DNA from: Torpedo marmorata
Lineage: Eukaryota
Direction of reading: 5' to 3'
DNA length: 64,000 nucleotides
NCBI GenBank assembly: GCA_977017645.1
Contig: OZ360241.1
Coordinates: 35,836,001 to 35,900,000 of the forward strand
The notes beneath the pieces are model-generated. The model did no database searches. It was not told the DNA's origin and worked only from the letters and a program-made list of their open reading frames with translations. Position 1 is the first letter of the stretch. Every line of letters begins with the position of its first letter. The translations under genes were made by a program, and so were the position numbers. Of this stretch, positions 40,810-54,530 are shown in pieces.

Positions 40810-42515
40810 TTTATTCAGATTTCAGATTTATTTATTTATTGTCAGAGTACATACATGACATCACATACAACCCTGAGAATCCTTTTTCCTGCAGGCGCGG
40901 CAGAATTACCACTAATGGTAGTGCAGAAATAAACTGTACACAGCGTAAAACATATAAACAAACAAAGAACTGTAAACAGATAACGAATATAAACAAATTG
41001 ACTATGCAATACAGAGAGAACAAAAAGAAAATCAATAAAGTACACAAGTAAGAGTCCCTAAATGAGTCTCTGATTGAGTTTGTCGTTGAGGAGTCTGATA
41101 GTGGAGGGGTAGCAGCTGTTCCTGAACCTGGTGATGCAAGTCTTGTGGCACCTATACCTCTTTCCTGATGGCAGCAGCGAGAACAGAGCGTGTGCTGGGT
41201 GGTGAGGGTCTTTGATGATTGCTGCTGCTCTCCGACGGCAGCTTTCCCTGTAGATGTACTCAATAGTGGGGAGGGTTTTGCCTGTAATGTCCTGGGCTGT
41301 GTCCACTACCTTTTGGAGGGCTTTATGCTCAGGGGTATTGGTGTTTTCATACCAGACTGTGATGCAGCCGGTCGGCACACTTTTCACCACACCCCTGTAG
41401 AAATTTGCCAGCGTTTCTGATGTCATACCAAACCTCCGCAAACTCCTGAGGAAGTAGAGGCGCTGACGTGCTTTCGTCACGATGCCATTGGTGTGTTGGG
41501 TCCAGGAAAGATCCTCCGAGATAGTGACCCCCAAGAACTTAAATTTGCTCACCCTCTCCACCTCTGATCCCCCACTGATCACTGGATTGTATACCTCTGG
41601 CTTTGCTTTCCTGAAGTCAACAATCAGCTCCTTAGTTTTGGTGACATTGAGTGCAAGGTTGTTGTTGGTGCACCATTCAGCCAAGTTTTCAATCTCCATC
41701 CTGTATGCTGACTCATCCCCTTCCTTTATACAACCCACTACCGTTGTATCGTTGGCAAATTTGTAGATGGTGTTATTGTCGTACCGAGCCACCCAGTTGT
41801 AGGTGTAAAGTGAGTAGAGCAGGGGGCTAAGAACACAGCCCTGTGGTGCTCCGGTACTGATGGAGATTGTGGAGGAGAGGTTCTTACCAATCTACACTGA
41901 TTATGGTCTGGAGGTGAGGAAATCCATGATCCAATTACACATTGGGGTGTTGAGTCACAGGTCTTGGAGTGTGCTGATCAGTTTTGAGGGGATGATGGTG
42001 TTAAGTGCCGAACTGTAGTCAATAAAGAGCATCCTGATGTATGCATCTTTGCTGTCCAGGTGTTCCAGGGCTTTGTGTAGAGCCAGTGAGATGGCATCCG
42101 CCCTAGATCTATTACTACGATAGGCGAACTGGAATGTATCCATGTCACCGCTCAGACAGGAGCTGATATGCTTCATCACCAGCCTTTCAAAACACTTCAT
42201 CACTGTTGATGTAAGTGCTACTGGTCGATAGTCATTAAGGCAGGTTACTACACTCTTCTTGGGCACCGGTATTATTGACGCCTGTTTGAAACAGGTGGGT
42301 ACCACGCCCTGCTGGAGTGAGATATTGAAGATATCCGTGAATACCTTGGTAAGTTGGTCAGCACAGATTTTTAATACTCAGCCAGGTACTCCATCCGGGC
42401 CGGATGCTTTCCTCGGATTCACTCTCCTGAAGGCAGCACGCACTTCATCCTCAGATACGGACAGGATGGGATCATCAGGGGACGTGGGGGTGCGGAGGGG
42501 TGGTTCTTCGCTGTT
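40810..42515 (-). mobile_element. 5'-truncated Rex-Babar-type LINE, reverse transcriptase region, degenerate
   Basis: [70 protein letters not shown] (YADD-like motif mutated), 3' tail TGACAATAAA and TCTGAA repeats; stops and frameshifts. Confidence 0.92.
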
Positions 42516-43579
42516 ATTGTCGTCAACTGTTATACCTATTTGATTCACTTTCCAAAAATTACATGGGAAAATGCCCTCTTTCTCTGTACTAATTGGCTTG
42601 TCTGCTGAAGCAAAGGACAAGTTTGGCTCCATTCAGCTGACGAATGGCATTTGTCGAGGACTTGAAGCAGATAACCTGCCTTACGATCCTCACCGGGAAA
42701 TGAAGGTGACTACGGGGGAGGGAAATTGTGACAGGGTGGGGTGGGATGAGGGTGGACTGCTCGAGAGGCAGACAAATGAGACATGGATTAAATATGTAAA
42801 AGTGGAACAAAATATACAGGTTTTGTTAGCAAAGAATACACATGACCTCTAGACAGACTGTCTAACCACACTTTTTGTAAAATTCTTTAGAAATAAATAG
42901 CAGTCAAAAAACTTCAAACATGTGAAATGAGTCACTTGTTACCCGGTGTCTACAAGTATTTGTTAAAACTGAGTCACACTTGAAGAGCATACAATTTAAA
43001 TAGTTGTCTACTGACACATTTGTGTCAGTTTGTCGAAATACAGCGGATTTAAACACAAGTTTTGGACGGCAAGAGGAAGATATTGCTCTCCAGGAACAAG
43101 ACTACAATTTATGTGTCAGCTGCAGCATTTATAGGGCTTTGACTGTAAATGCAGAAGCCATTTTCACTGATAGTTAGATAATTTCTTTAATAAAATGACC
43201 TTGATATGTGAGTGAATTTGAACCTGTTAACGTTGTCTTCGGGTAACTGAATCAATGACTAAATTCATTTCTAAATGATTTATTTCTGGTTAATATTTTT
43301 AAACACTTCCACTGACTGAGATATTTGAATGATAGTAATCTAAAGCTATGCCTCAGAATATTTGAAAAGGAAACAATTGCAGTTGTTATTACATTGTAGA
43401 GCTTGCCTGAGGTGAATGCTTTAGCCAACTGTAGTGGGCTCTCTTAACATTCATTGTGTCGTTCACTCTATACATTCACAGTGTCAAGTTAGTACATCCA
43501 GAGTGTCATCAAGTTGATATATTCTCTGTGCAAAGCACCAATGCCACTCATGTAATGACTTTGAATAATACCCCCTTCA

Positions 43580-43810
43580 AGGGCAACATGGTTAGCTATT
43601 ACAGCGCCAGCTACCCAGGTTCGAATCCACCACTGTCTGAAAGGAGTTTGTATGTTCTCCCCGTGTCCGTGCGGGTTTCCTCTGGGTGCTCCGGTTTCCT
43701 CCTGTGTTCCAGAGATGTACAGGATTAGTAGGTTAATTGGTCACATGGGTGTAATTGGGCAGCGCGGACTCGTGGGTCGGAAGGGCCTGTTATCGTGCAG
43801 TATCTCTAAA
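43580..43810 (+). mobile_element. tRNA-derived SINE (HE1/V-SINE-like)
   Basis: Same family as 1151-1395. Confidence 0.82.
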
Positions 43811-44384
43811 TTATTTGAATTAATAAAAATCATTAAGTAGCAGCTCAGGATGAACTCCACAAGGTTCCTTCCAGATCAGACCAGATCAGTAATTTGTAAG
43901 AGAACATATCCTCATAAGAGACCTTAGTTCACCTATGTGTCAACGTGTCTCTGGCCCAACCACCACAAACATTATCACCCTCCTCTTCACTTGTCCGGCT
44001 ACTTCTCTCTACGCTGTGTCCTTCCTGTTGTCAATCTTGTTCACCCCAAGAACTCTTCTACTCATACCATGTATAGGTGACTGGCTGAGTCCACTCACCA
44101 AAGTATCTGTCACATCCACTGGCTGCCATCATCACATTTCTACTCGAAGAACCCACTTCTCCAATTTCTTACTCTGGATCATTGTCCCACTATTCTCTCA
44201 ACCCTCTAAGTTCTTCCTGCAGATTATGTTTTGCTCCAGATTCCAGCATGTGCAGTCTCCTGTGTGATCCCAACTCTACTATTTTATACTCTGATCTGGG
44301 AGGGCAAATACGCAATGTGCCTTCCTCACGGACCTGTCCCCCTGTATTGTCACTTTCATGGAAGTACGGACTTGGATCCCTGGG

Positions 44385-44535
44385 ACATTCAAGAAAAATT
44401 TGCACAGGTACATGGATGGGAGGGGTATGGAGGGATATGGTCCGGGTGTAGGTCAGTGGGACTAGGCAGAATAAAAGTTCGGCACAGACTAGATAGGCCG
44501 AAGGGCCTGTTTCTGTGGTGTAGTGTTCTATGCTT
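44385..44535 (+). mobile_element. CR1 LINE 3' end
   Basis: ACAGGTACATGGATGGGAGG...GGCCGAAGGGCCTGTTTCTGTGGTGTAGTGTTCTATG. Confidence 0.75.
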
Positions 44536-44937
44536 CTACAGTCTCTGAGTTCCCTTAATGCTACTGTAAATGTCATACTTGACTTCCCAAAATGCAGGTT
44601 ATATGACTTCCCAAATATCTATAAGGTGTTTAGAATTCTTTCTTATAAAGGCAACTAACGTGTTAATAGAACATCGTTTACTGAAGATAGTAACTCTCAA
44701 TTAAATGCCAGTCTCTATTGCAATGCTGTACGAATACCAGACCACCTGATACACTCAGTTGTTGCTAAGTACACTTACATTTATGCACCATCCAGGAAGA
44801 TTTAAACCTGTGTAAAATGTGATGTGTGGTTGGTGAACTGCAGTTTCAATGTAAAACTTGTTTGAACTTCAACAACATTTCATTCCCTGGATGAGGGGTT
44901 GACCTTGTTGTGTGTGGCAGGACTCAGTCATTGGCTG

Positions 44938-47000
44938 AGTGAAACACGATAGACTGCAGACACTGTGATTGTAGTAAACACACTGAAATGCTGGAGGAAC
45001 TCAGCTGGTATTTAAGCATCTGTAGGAGACAACGATATATTGCCGATGTTTCGGGCCTGAGCCCTTCTTCAAGGAAAAATCAGAAAAGGCAGAAGCAGGA
45101 TATATCAGGAAGTCTCAGAATTCAAACAATGGGGGAGGAATCCAGACCAACAAAAGGTGTTAATTGGATGTGATAAGGGTCTAGGTAGAATTTATCATGT
45201 CTGTGCGAAAGGAGACAGGGAATGGAGAGACGACGGGGGGGGGGGGGAAGAAGGGGGTGGGGGAGGGGGTTTTAACGAAAGCCAGTGAAGTCGATATTAA
45301 TGCCGTCCGGTTGGAGGGTGCCCAGTCGGAAGATGAGGTGTTGTTCCTCCAATTTCCGGGTGGTCTCAGTCTGGCAGTACATGAGACCATGGACAGACAT
45401 GTCGGCAAGGGAATGGGATGGAGAATTGAAATAGGTGGCCACTGGGAGATCCACGCTATTGCGGCGGACAGAGCCGAGGTGCTCAACAAAGCAATCTCCC
45501 AGTCTGCGTCCAGTCTCTCCGATGTAGAGGAGACCACAGCGGGAGCACCGGATGCAGTAGTTAACCACTGCAAATTCACAAGTGAAATGTTGCTTCACTT
45601 GGAAGGACTGTTTGGGGCCTAGAATGGTGCTGAGGGAGGAGGTGTGGGCGCAAGTGGAGCATCTCCTGCGGTCACAGGGGTAGGTCCCAAGGGGACGATT
45701 GGAGGGGAGGGAGGAGTGGACAAGGGAGTCATGGAGGGAACGGTCCCTCCTCCGACCTCAAATTCACTTGGTCCATCTCTAGCAACACTCTCCCTTTCCT
45801 CGATCTCTCTGTCTCCATCTCAGGAGACAAACTCTCGACAGACATCTTCTATAAACCCACCAACTCCCACAGCTACCTCGACTACACCTCTTCCCACCCT
45901 GTCCCCTGTAAGGATTCCATTCCATTCTCTCAATTCCTCCATCTTGTCGCATCTGCACCCAGGATGAGGACTTCCATGCCAGATCATCAGAGATGTCCTC
46001 CTTCTTCAAACAATGTGGCTTTCCCTCTATCACCATCAACTCAGCACTCACCCGCATATCCTCCATTACCCGCACATCTGCCCTGGCCCCCTCCGCCCCC
46101 ACGTGCAACAAGGACAGGATTCCTCTTGTCCTCACCTACCACCCCACCAGCCTCCGCATCCAATACATCCTCCTCCGCCATTTCCGCCACCTACTACGTG
46201 ATCCCACCACTAGACACATATTCCCCTCTCCTCCCCTCTCTGCCTTCCGCAGGGACCACTCCCTCCGCGCTCCCTTGTCCACACCTCCCTCCCCACCAAT
46301 CGTCCCCTTGGGACCTACTCCTGTGACCACTGGAGATGCTCCACTTGCGCCCACACCTCCTCCCTCAGAACCATCCGTGGCCCCAAATAGACTTTCCAAG
46401 TGAAGGAACATTTCACTTGTGAATCTGCAGGGGTCATCGACTGCATCCGGTGCTCCCGCTGTGGTCTCCACTACATCGGAGAGACTGGACGCAGACTGGG
46501 AGATCGCTTTGTTCAGCACCTCGGCTCTGTCCGCCGCAATAGTGTGGATCTCCCAGTGGCCACCCATTTCAATTCTCCATCCCATTCCCTTGCTGACATG
46601 TCTGTCCATGGTCTCATGTACTGCCAGACTGAGACCACCCGGAATTTGGAGGAACAACACCTCATCTTCCGACTGGGCACCCTCCAACCGGATGGCATTA
46701 ATATCGACTTCTCTGGCTTTCGTTAAAAACTCCCCCCACCCCCTTCTTCCCCATCGTCTCTCCATTCCCTGTCTCCTTTCGCACAGACATGATAAATTCT
46801 ACCTAGTCCCTTATCACATCCAATTAACACCTTTTGTTGGTCTGGATTCCTCCCCCGTTGTTTGAATTCTGAGACTTTCTGATATATCCTGCTTCTGCCT
46901 TTTCTGATTTTTCCTTGAAGAAGGGCTCAGGCCCGAAACATCGGCAATATATCTTTGTCTCCTATAGATGCTGAAAAGACCAGCATTTCGGTGTGTTTAC
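44938..47000. mobile_element. Penelope-like retroelement with inverted 3' arms (minus arm about 44938-45748, plus arm about 45749-47000)
   Basis: Plus arm encodes the RT C-terminus (LKFTWSISSNTLPFLDLSV..YKPTNSHSYL) and a GIY-YIG endonuclease (CSRCGLHYIGETGRRLGDRFVQH..VATHFN..EEQHLIFRLGTLQPDGIN); the minus arm repeats the endonuclease; 14-bp TSD TCAGTCATTGGCTG at 44924-44937 and 47001-47014. Confidence 0.93.
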
Positions 47001-49700
47001 TCAGTCATTGGCTGTTTGCCTTTATGTTCCTTTATCCCTGCAGTCCCATGGAGCCTTCCCATTGTGATTGCTGCCAAACATGAGAGGTTCACAAGCACCT
47101 TTTACATTGCCTGGTCCTGAATTGTTACGCGTGGAAATTGAAAGCTAAATTAAATGAGTGCAACACTCTTTCTTGAGGAAGAGATTTGCACTTCCCCACA
47201 GAGGCCGGGAGCTGCGTTGTAAGGCTCCACGGTGCTGTTCACAGCTGCTCAGAGGTGCAAAGTGAGGTCTCCCTCTGACTTCCTTGTTTGTTCAGCTCAG
47301 CAAATTCTATTTTTAAAATCCAGGTTTTAAAATAAGTTCGGGAGTGGTAAGAATGACTGCATTCTTCCTGAATCCAAACATTGAGAGAGTGAAATTAGAA
47401 ACCATCTCTGTTGCTGAGATAGTGCGTGGGTTCTAGCACCGCTGCCTGCTGGCAAATGATGCCCATTCTCCCATATCCAATTGGGGTATCATCATTGGAG
47501 CAATCCTCCTTTGCCAAGGTGTTTGCTACCTCCACATCAATTGTTTGCTCAATCAGAAATGATGGTACAGTGGCTGTAAAATTCATTGCATCAGCCTATA
47601 AAATGGAGCCTTATTTTGATATTTAGCCTGTTCCCTTCACAAAGTCAAGGGCTTGAAGTTCATCTGCACATCTCCGAAAAGCATTGTGCTGATGATAACT
47701 GGCTGAAGATTCACACACGTGGGATCACGCACCATCAGGTTCAAGGGCAGTTTCTTTCTCGCCACTATCAGACTCCTGAATGAACCCCAAAATCACAAAA
47801 TTATGTTGCCTTTGCTCCGTTCCAACTGGTCTCTCTCTGTAACTCTGCAATTTTGTACTGTCTTACTTGTTGTACTATGCATAAGATGTCTACTGGTCAG
47901 CTTGCAAAATAACCTCCAGTGCTGGATGTGACATTGCGTGATCCCAGACTTGTGACTCTTTGTCCTGATGGGACGGGGGTGAAGAGAGTGTGGCCGGGGT
48001 GGGATGAGTCATTTAACACATTGACTGCTTTTCCAAGGCAGTGGGAGTTATCAATGGAGGGGATGGGGGTGTGATGGTCTTGCGGTCTTGGGTGGAGCAG
48101 CGATGGACCCAGCAGTTGGGAGGATTGCCCAAACTCCATTTTCAAGGAAAGGGAGCTTCTTTCACTTTTCCTCCAGTCTACGTAAATGAGTAGAGTGGAC
48201 ATGAGGATTTTCCTGCATAGCACATTTTCTCAAAGTGCAGAGCACTCAAGCCTTCACAGAGACCTTGGCAACCTCGCAGCATGACGCCCTGAACACAACA
48301 ACACAAGAAAATAGGAGCAGGAGTAGGTCACCAGGCCCCTCAATTCTTTCAATATGATCATGGCTGATCTGACCTAGGCCTCAATTCCTCTTCTGTGCCA
48401 GTTCTCCATCGTCCTTAATTCCCCAGTCTCCCAAACATTGATCTGCCCCCATCTTAAATACTCCTAATCATCTGAAGGGTCTTTCCTGTTTCACAGAGAT
48501 CATGCATCCTGTGGATATAGCCCTTGGCCAGTCTCTGTGGATTCCCCTGCCCATTTGGGAGCATGCAATTCCCCTGTGGCTCTGACAGGCATTCTTTGTA
48601 GAGCAGTACGTGTCTCTTGGCCTGGCTGACTCTGACAACTTTGATAATTCTCAACACACCAATCGGAATGATGCTGTTGGATTGGGAAAGCCATCAATGC
48701 TTATCCATGAATCTCAAAACTGAGGTTTACCACCATCACAAAGGTAATCTCCAGCATGGTTCCAACACCAATATAAAAGTAACATTCTCACCCCCGAAAG
48801 CCAAATGAATCCGGCCTGCAGGCTCAATGTACTCAATGCGGAGGCTGATCAGGACAAATACATTTGGATCCACTAGCTATTTGGACAGATTCCCTATTAC
48901 CCTGGTGCTGTTCCAAGTCTGAGCTGCCACATTTTTAATTAGGATCCAAGCCAAATTCAGGAAACTATTGTTTTTACAGTGTGCTTCAAACTGAACCTTC
49001 CTCTGCATTATTTTTTAAACTGGATGTGTAACTTTAATTGAAGTCTATGACACACATTTAATTGATACCTACTGTTAAAATAATTGTGCAAGAAAGTTTA
49101 GCTTTAGCTGTCAACTCGACAAATGTGGCAGATATGATTATTGGCTGGCCACAGAATTTGACTGTCTGAGGTTGCCAAGCTATGAAAATGTAATTCTGTT
49201 GTGCAATTGCCTAGCAACTACTTTAAATATTGCAAAATCAAAAACAGTAAAGCTTTTCTTTTTGATTTTCATCTGTAACAAGAAACTTCTTTAAAATTAA
49301 TCCTGAATTATTTAAGACCTTCCAAATGCTAATCAATAAACCAAACTATTCTGATTTGTTTTATAGATTAGTGTACATAATCAATTTATACTATATATGC
49401 TTGTAGTATATATTAGCCAGGACATCTTATCCAATCAATGCAGTGTTGTTTAGTATGAGAAGATTTACATACAGTATGTAAAAAAGTAGTTACAAAATGG
49501 GTCTAATATATATTCCAGTGTTTTTAAATGATATACGCATTCCAAATGTAACAGTGCATCAAAGTACTTGTGAGAATTTTAATATCAACATTATCAGCAT
49601 GCAAAATAATAATGCAAATCTGAAGTAATAACAGGCAATGCCAAATTAATATAACCACACCTGTACAGAAATTAAATGAGAGGTAATTCTCTCAGATGTC

Positions 49701-49742
49701 GAGCTTTCATCAGAACAATACATTCAGTTCTGATGAAAGCTC
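49701..49742. repeat. Perfect 16-bp inverted repeat with 10-nt loop, centre of an old palindromic element
   Basis: GAGCTTTCATCAGAAC-AATACATTCA-GTTCTGATGAAAGCTC. Confidence 0.8.
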
Positions 49743-50264
49743 TATCTCCAAAAAGATAACTTATCTTTTCTTTGAAGAAAAACATCTGAACTGCTGCAAT
49801 TTTTTTTAGTATTTCCTCTTCTCACAGCATTATACTTAAAGCTTATTGCAGCTTTGGAAAAAAAAAATCCTCCTCAGTTCTCAAATCCTTCCTGTGTTAA
49901 AAAAAATGATTGAACATTCTGAAGCATGACGGTATCCTTTGAGTTTTCACAAGCCACATACTAGCTGAAAGGGAAATCCCATTCCCAAACCTCTGCCAAT
50001 GTGCTGAGTAGGATGAGTCATTGCCTTCACCTGTGAAGACTCTGAATATGCAGCAATTTATAGACATGGATACTGTTGTTTGAATCTTCTTCTGTTCATT
50101 GAATTTAGTTGAACCTTTTCATTTTTTTTTGTGGATACTTTTTCTGTGGTTTTGTACATAAATTGTTAAGTCAACTATTTTTATTGCATTTCAAACTAAC
50201 AATAATATATGACCCGAGCCATTACTACTACCCGTTAATTACAGGACGATCAACACATGCGCAC

Positions 50265-51180
50265 CTCAAGGATGCGTGCTTAGCCTACTGCTCAACTCAC
50301 TCTACACCCATGACTGTGTGGCTAGGCACAATTCCAATGCTATCTACAAATTTGCCGATGACACCATGGTTGTCGACAGAATCACAGATGGCAATGAAGA
50401 AGCGTATTGGAGGGAGAAAGATAAGCGAGTTGAATGGTGTCACAACACAACCTTGCACTGAACGTTAGCAAAACCAAGGAGATGATAATGGACTTCAGGA
50501 GGAAATCAGGAGAACACGGACCAGTCCTCATCGAGGGGTCATCAGTGGAGGGGGTCAAGAACTTCAAATTCCTGGGTGTTAACATCTCCGATGATCTGTC
50601 CTGGAGCCTCCATGTCGATGCAGTCACGAAGAAGGCTCACCAGCGGCTATACTTTGTGAGGAATTTGAGGAGATTCAGCATGTTACCAAAGACTCTCGAA
50701 ATCTTCTACAGGTGTACCATGGAGAGCATTCTGTCTGGTTGCATCACTATCTGGTACAGAGGTACCAACGCTCAGGACAAGAAAAAAACTCCAGAGGGTT
50801 GTTAACTCGGCTTGCAACATCACGGGCCCCAGTCTTCACTCCATTGAGGACATCTACAAGAGGCGATGTCTTATGAAAGCAGCCTCTATCCTCAAGGTTC
50901 CCCACCACCCAGGCCATGCCTTCTTCACTCTGCTACCATCGGGAAAAAGGTACAGGAGCCTGAAGACAAACACAAGGAACGCTTCTTCCCTTCTGCCATC
51001 AGATTCGTGAATGAATAATGAACCACAGACACTGCCTTACATTGACTTTTACTTTTTATTGCACTATTTTTATTTATTTTGTAAGGTGGTGTGTATAAAT
51101 GTTTGCACTGTGATGCTGCTGCAAAACAACACATTTCGTGACATGTTCATGACAATAAATTCAGATTCTGATTCTGATTC
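50265..51180 (+). mobile_element. Rex-Babar-type LINE 3' part
   Basis: LYTHDCVA..IYKFADDTMVV, LNVSKTKEMIMDFR, FKFLGVNISDDLSW, tail TGACAATAAA(TTCTGA)n. Confidence 0.9.
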
Positions 51181-51369
51181 TAAGTCAGTTCTCATTGAAT
51201 GAAAACATTTTTTGAATTTGCTCCCAGATAAACCTCAGAAATGGAATAAGAATAAAAAATGCTAGAGACACTCAGCAGGTCAGGCAGCACCTGCAGATAG
51301 AAAAATAGTATTATTGTAACTCCCTGCCAAAGAATTGTAGATGGAAGTTATCTCAGAGAAGATAAAAAC

Positions 51370-52250
51370 AAAATGGCGGTCGTGCTGGAGCTGCTTGTAA
51401 GGGCAGCGCTGCCGCTGGTGCGGACCCACGGGGAGCGGAGTCACAGCCCTTCCCCAAAGGGCCCTACTGCCAAGTTCGACTGCCGACGGCTCTATACAGC
51501 CTTTAAATGGTTTGTTAAAGGAGTCGTCAGTGTTTTATTTTAAATCCTACGACCGCAGGGTCTGAGTCCAAGATGGCAGGGCCTGTGTATGGCAGTGACC
51601 ACAAGGGGTTGCAGACTCGGGGGAGAAGAGGACTGGTGCAGCCCCAGAAACAGGGAGAACACCGCCCCCCCCCCCCCCCATTGAGAAGGAGAAGCAGAGG
51701 AGACGGCCCCAAGGACAATGACCATGGCAGCAGACCAGCGAGGGGCTCTGCGGCTGGAGGACACACACAGGTGGCATGTTGTTGGTGACTTGCGGACAAG
51801 GAACCCACACAGGCTGTGGGCTGCTGGTGACTTGAGGTCAAAGGACTCACACCAGCTGCAGGCTGTTGGAGACTGGCTCCTGAGAACCAGCTATCGGAAC
51901 CGGGATTCGAGAGGATGCTGAGGGCAAGAAGGGCTCCCGAAGGGCTCTGGGTGCTGAAGGCTTCCTCATCATGTTGGAGGTTTGGATCTGGGCTTGGGTT
52001 GCCGATGGTTTGAACTGAACTGGCCTTGTGTGGCTGCAGAGGCTGCGGGAGCACTGGAGGCGAATCCACGGTCACTCAGGAACTCTGAGGGGACTCTTCT
52101 TTTGCTTTTCTTTCTCTGACTGTAAGGGGCGCCGGGCAATGCTAATGGTGAATCTTTGTCTGCCTAATGGCAGACTAAAAGGCAATTTTGTGTAATATGA
52201 CATTTTAGTTTTATGATATGACAATAAATAGTAACTGAATCTGAATCTGA
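51370..52250 (+). mobile_element. Non-coding non-autonomous retroelement with Rex-Babar-like tail
   Basis: GC-rich head AAAATGGCGG, 3' hairpin TTTGTCTGCC..GGCAGACTAAA, tail TGACAATAAA..(TGAATC)n; 3' fragments also at about 34790-35020 (+) and 21855-21940 (-). Confidence 0.65.
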
Positions 52251-52339
52251 AGTGTGAGGTATTGTACTTGGATAGGTTAAACCAGGTCAGGGCTTACACG
52301 GTGAATGATAGGGCTCAGGAATGTATTGCAGAAAGAGAT

Positions 52340-53090
52340 TTCAGATTTAAGATTTATTGTCAGAATACATGTATGACATCACATACAACCCTGAGATTCT
52401 TTTTTCTGCGGGCGAGGCAGAATTATCACTTATTGGCAGTGCAAAAAAAAAACTGACTCAACGTAGTCATGTAAACAAATAAAGAAATGTGAACAAACTG
52501 ACTTTGCAATACAGAGAGAGAGAGAAAAAAAATCAATAAAGTGCAAAAGTAAGAGTCCTTAAATAAGTCCCTGATTGGGTTTGTTGTTGAGGAGTCTGAT
52601 GGCGATGGGGTAGCAGCTGTTCCTGAATCTGGTGCTGCGAGTCTTGTGGCACCTATACCTCTTTCCTAATGGCAGCAGCGAGAACAGTGTGTGCTGGGTG
52701 GTGTGCATCCTTGATGATTGCTGCTGCTCTCCAATGACAGTGTTCCTTGTAGATATTCTCGATGGTGGGAAGGGTTTAACACATGATGTCCTAGGCTGTG
52801 TCCACTACCTTTTGCAGAACTTTATGCTCAGGGGCACTGGTGTCCCCATACCAAACTGTGATACAGCCGGTCAGCACACTTTCCATCTGTAGAAATTTGC
52901 CAGGGTTTCCAATGTCATGCCAAACCTCCGCAAATTCCTGAGGAAGTAGAGGCGCTTACGTGCTTTCTTCACAATGCCATTTGTATGTTGGGTCCAGGAA
53001 AGATCCTCTGAGATTGTGACTCCCAAGAACTTAAATTTGCTCACCCTCTCCACCTCTGATCCCTCAATGATAACTGGATCGTACACCACT
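52340..53090 (-). mobile_element. Rex-Babar-type LINE 3' fragment inserted in a CR1
   Basis: Closely similar to 40830-41590; flanks 52250-52340 and 53090-53690 are CR1-like. Confidence 0.85.
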
Positions 53091-54145
53091 GGATTGAGAT
53101 TGAGGAGTACAGGTGCACAGTTCTGTGAATGGGGCGACGCACGTAGAAAGGGTGGCGAAGAAGGCCGTTGGCACACTTGCCTTCATCAGCATTGAGTACA
53201 GCAACTGGGGGGGGGGGGGGGGAAGGGTCATGTTACAATGATACAAGATGTTGGTGAGACTTCACTTGAAGTATTGTGTGCTGTTCTGTCTACTCTGGGA
53301 ATGATATCATTAAGCTGAAAGGGTGTGGAAAAGATTCATGAGAACATTACCAGCTCTGGCAAGCTTGAATGGGGAGAGGTTGATTAGGCCAGGACATTTC
53401 TCCTTGGAGCATTAGAGGCTGAGAGGAGACCTCATATAGGTTTATGAAATCATTAAGGGCTTAGATGTCAATAGTAATAGTCTGTTTTTTCAGGGTAGTG
53501 GAGTCTAAAACTGGATGGCATAGATGAGAGAGAAAGATTTAAAAAGGACCTGAGGAATACCATTTTCACACAGAAGGTGGTTGGTATATGGAAGAGCTGC
53601 CAGAGGCAGTGGTAGAAGCGGATACAATGATAACTTTTAAAAAATACATTGAGACAGGTACATGGATAGGAAATGTTTAGAAGGTTATAGAATCATAGAA
53701 CATTACAGCACAGAAACAGGCCCTTTGGCCCATCTAGTCAGTGCCAAATTATTATTCTGCCTAGTCCCGTTAGAACCATAGAATCATAGAACATTACAGC
53801 ACAGAAACAGGGCCCTTCGGCCCTTCTAGTCTGTGCTGAACCATTTTTTTGCCTCGTCCCACTGACCTGCACTCAGTCCATAGCCCTCCTTACCTCTCCC
53901 ATCCATGTACCTGTCCAAATTCTTCTTAAATGTTAAAATTGAGTCCACATTCACCACTTCAGCTGGCAGCTCATTCCACACTCCCACCACTCTCTGTGTG
54001 AAGAAGTTCCCCTCATGTTCCCCCTAAATTTTTCCCCTTTCACCCTTAACCAAAGTCCTCTGGTTTGTATTTCACCTACCCTCAGTGGGAAAAAGTCTAC
54101 CTGCATTTACTCTGTCTATCCCCCTCATAATTTTAAATACCTCAT
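53090..54145. mobile_element. CR1 LINE 3' fragments, plus strand (about 53090-53690) then minus strand (about 53690-54145)
   Basis: GGCTGAGAGGAGACCTCATATAGGTTTAT (RLRGDLIEVY-like) and antisense tails AGAATCATAGAACATTACAGCACAGAAACAGGCCC. Confidence 0.75.
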
Positions 54146-54530
54146 TATGAACTGAATGTAGGTATATACAACCAGCTTTGGTAGACAGACTCTTAAAAGA
54201 TAATGTCTTTGGACAGTTTAACTGTACTTTTCTCCATACTCTACATTTTGTTCTATTAACGCAACACCCTGCACTTTTGTTTTATTCTTGCACTACCTGC
54301 TGTACTTGAGTATAGGTTGACTTGCCTGGATAGCATGCAAAGCAAAGCTTTTCTCTATATCTTGGAACACATCACAATGAATAATTCAATTTTTTTCAGC
54401 ACTGAATTTATTAATTACCGATAGCAGCGTAGACAGTGGCGGATTAACTACCACCCGGGCCCTAGGCTGAGCTTTAGTAAGGCCCCCTCTGACCTTGTCC
54501 CTCTGCCCCACGGCCCCCACCCTTCGTCCG

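Noticed and set aside
46136-46765. 209-aa minus-strand ORF
   Set aside because: Antisense shadow of the Penelope endonuclease region.
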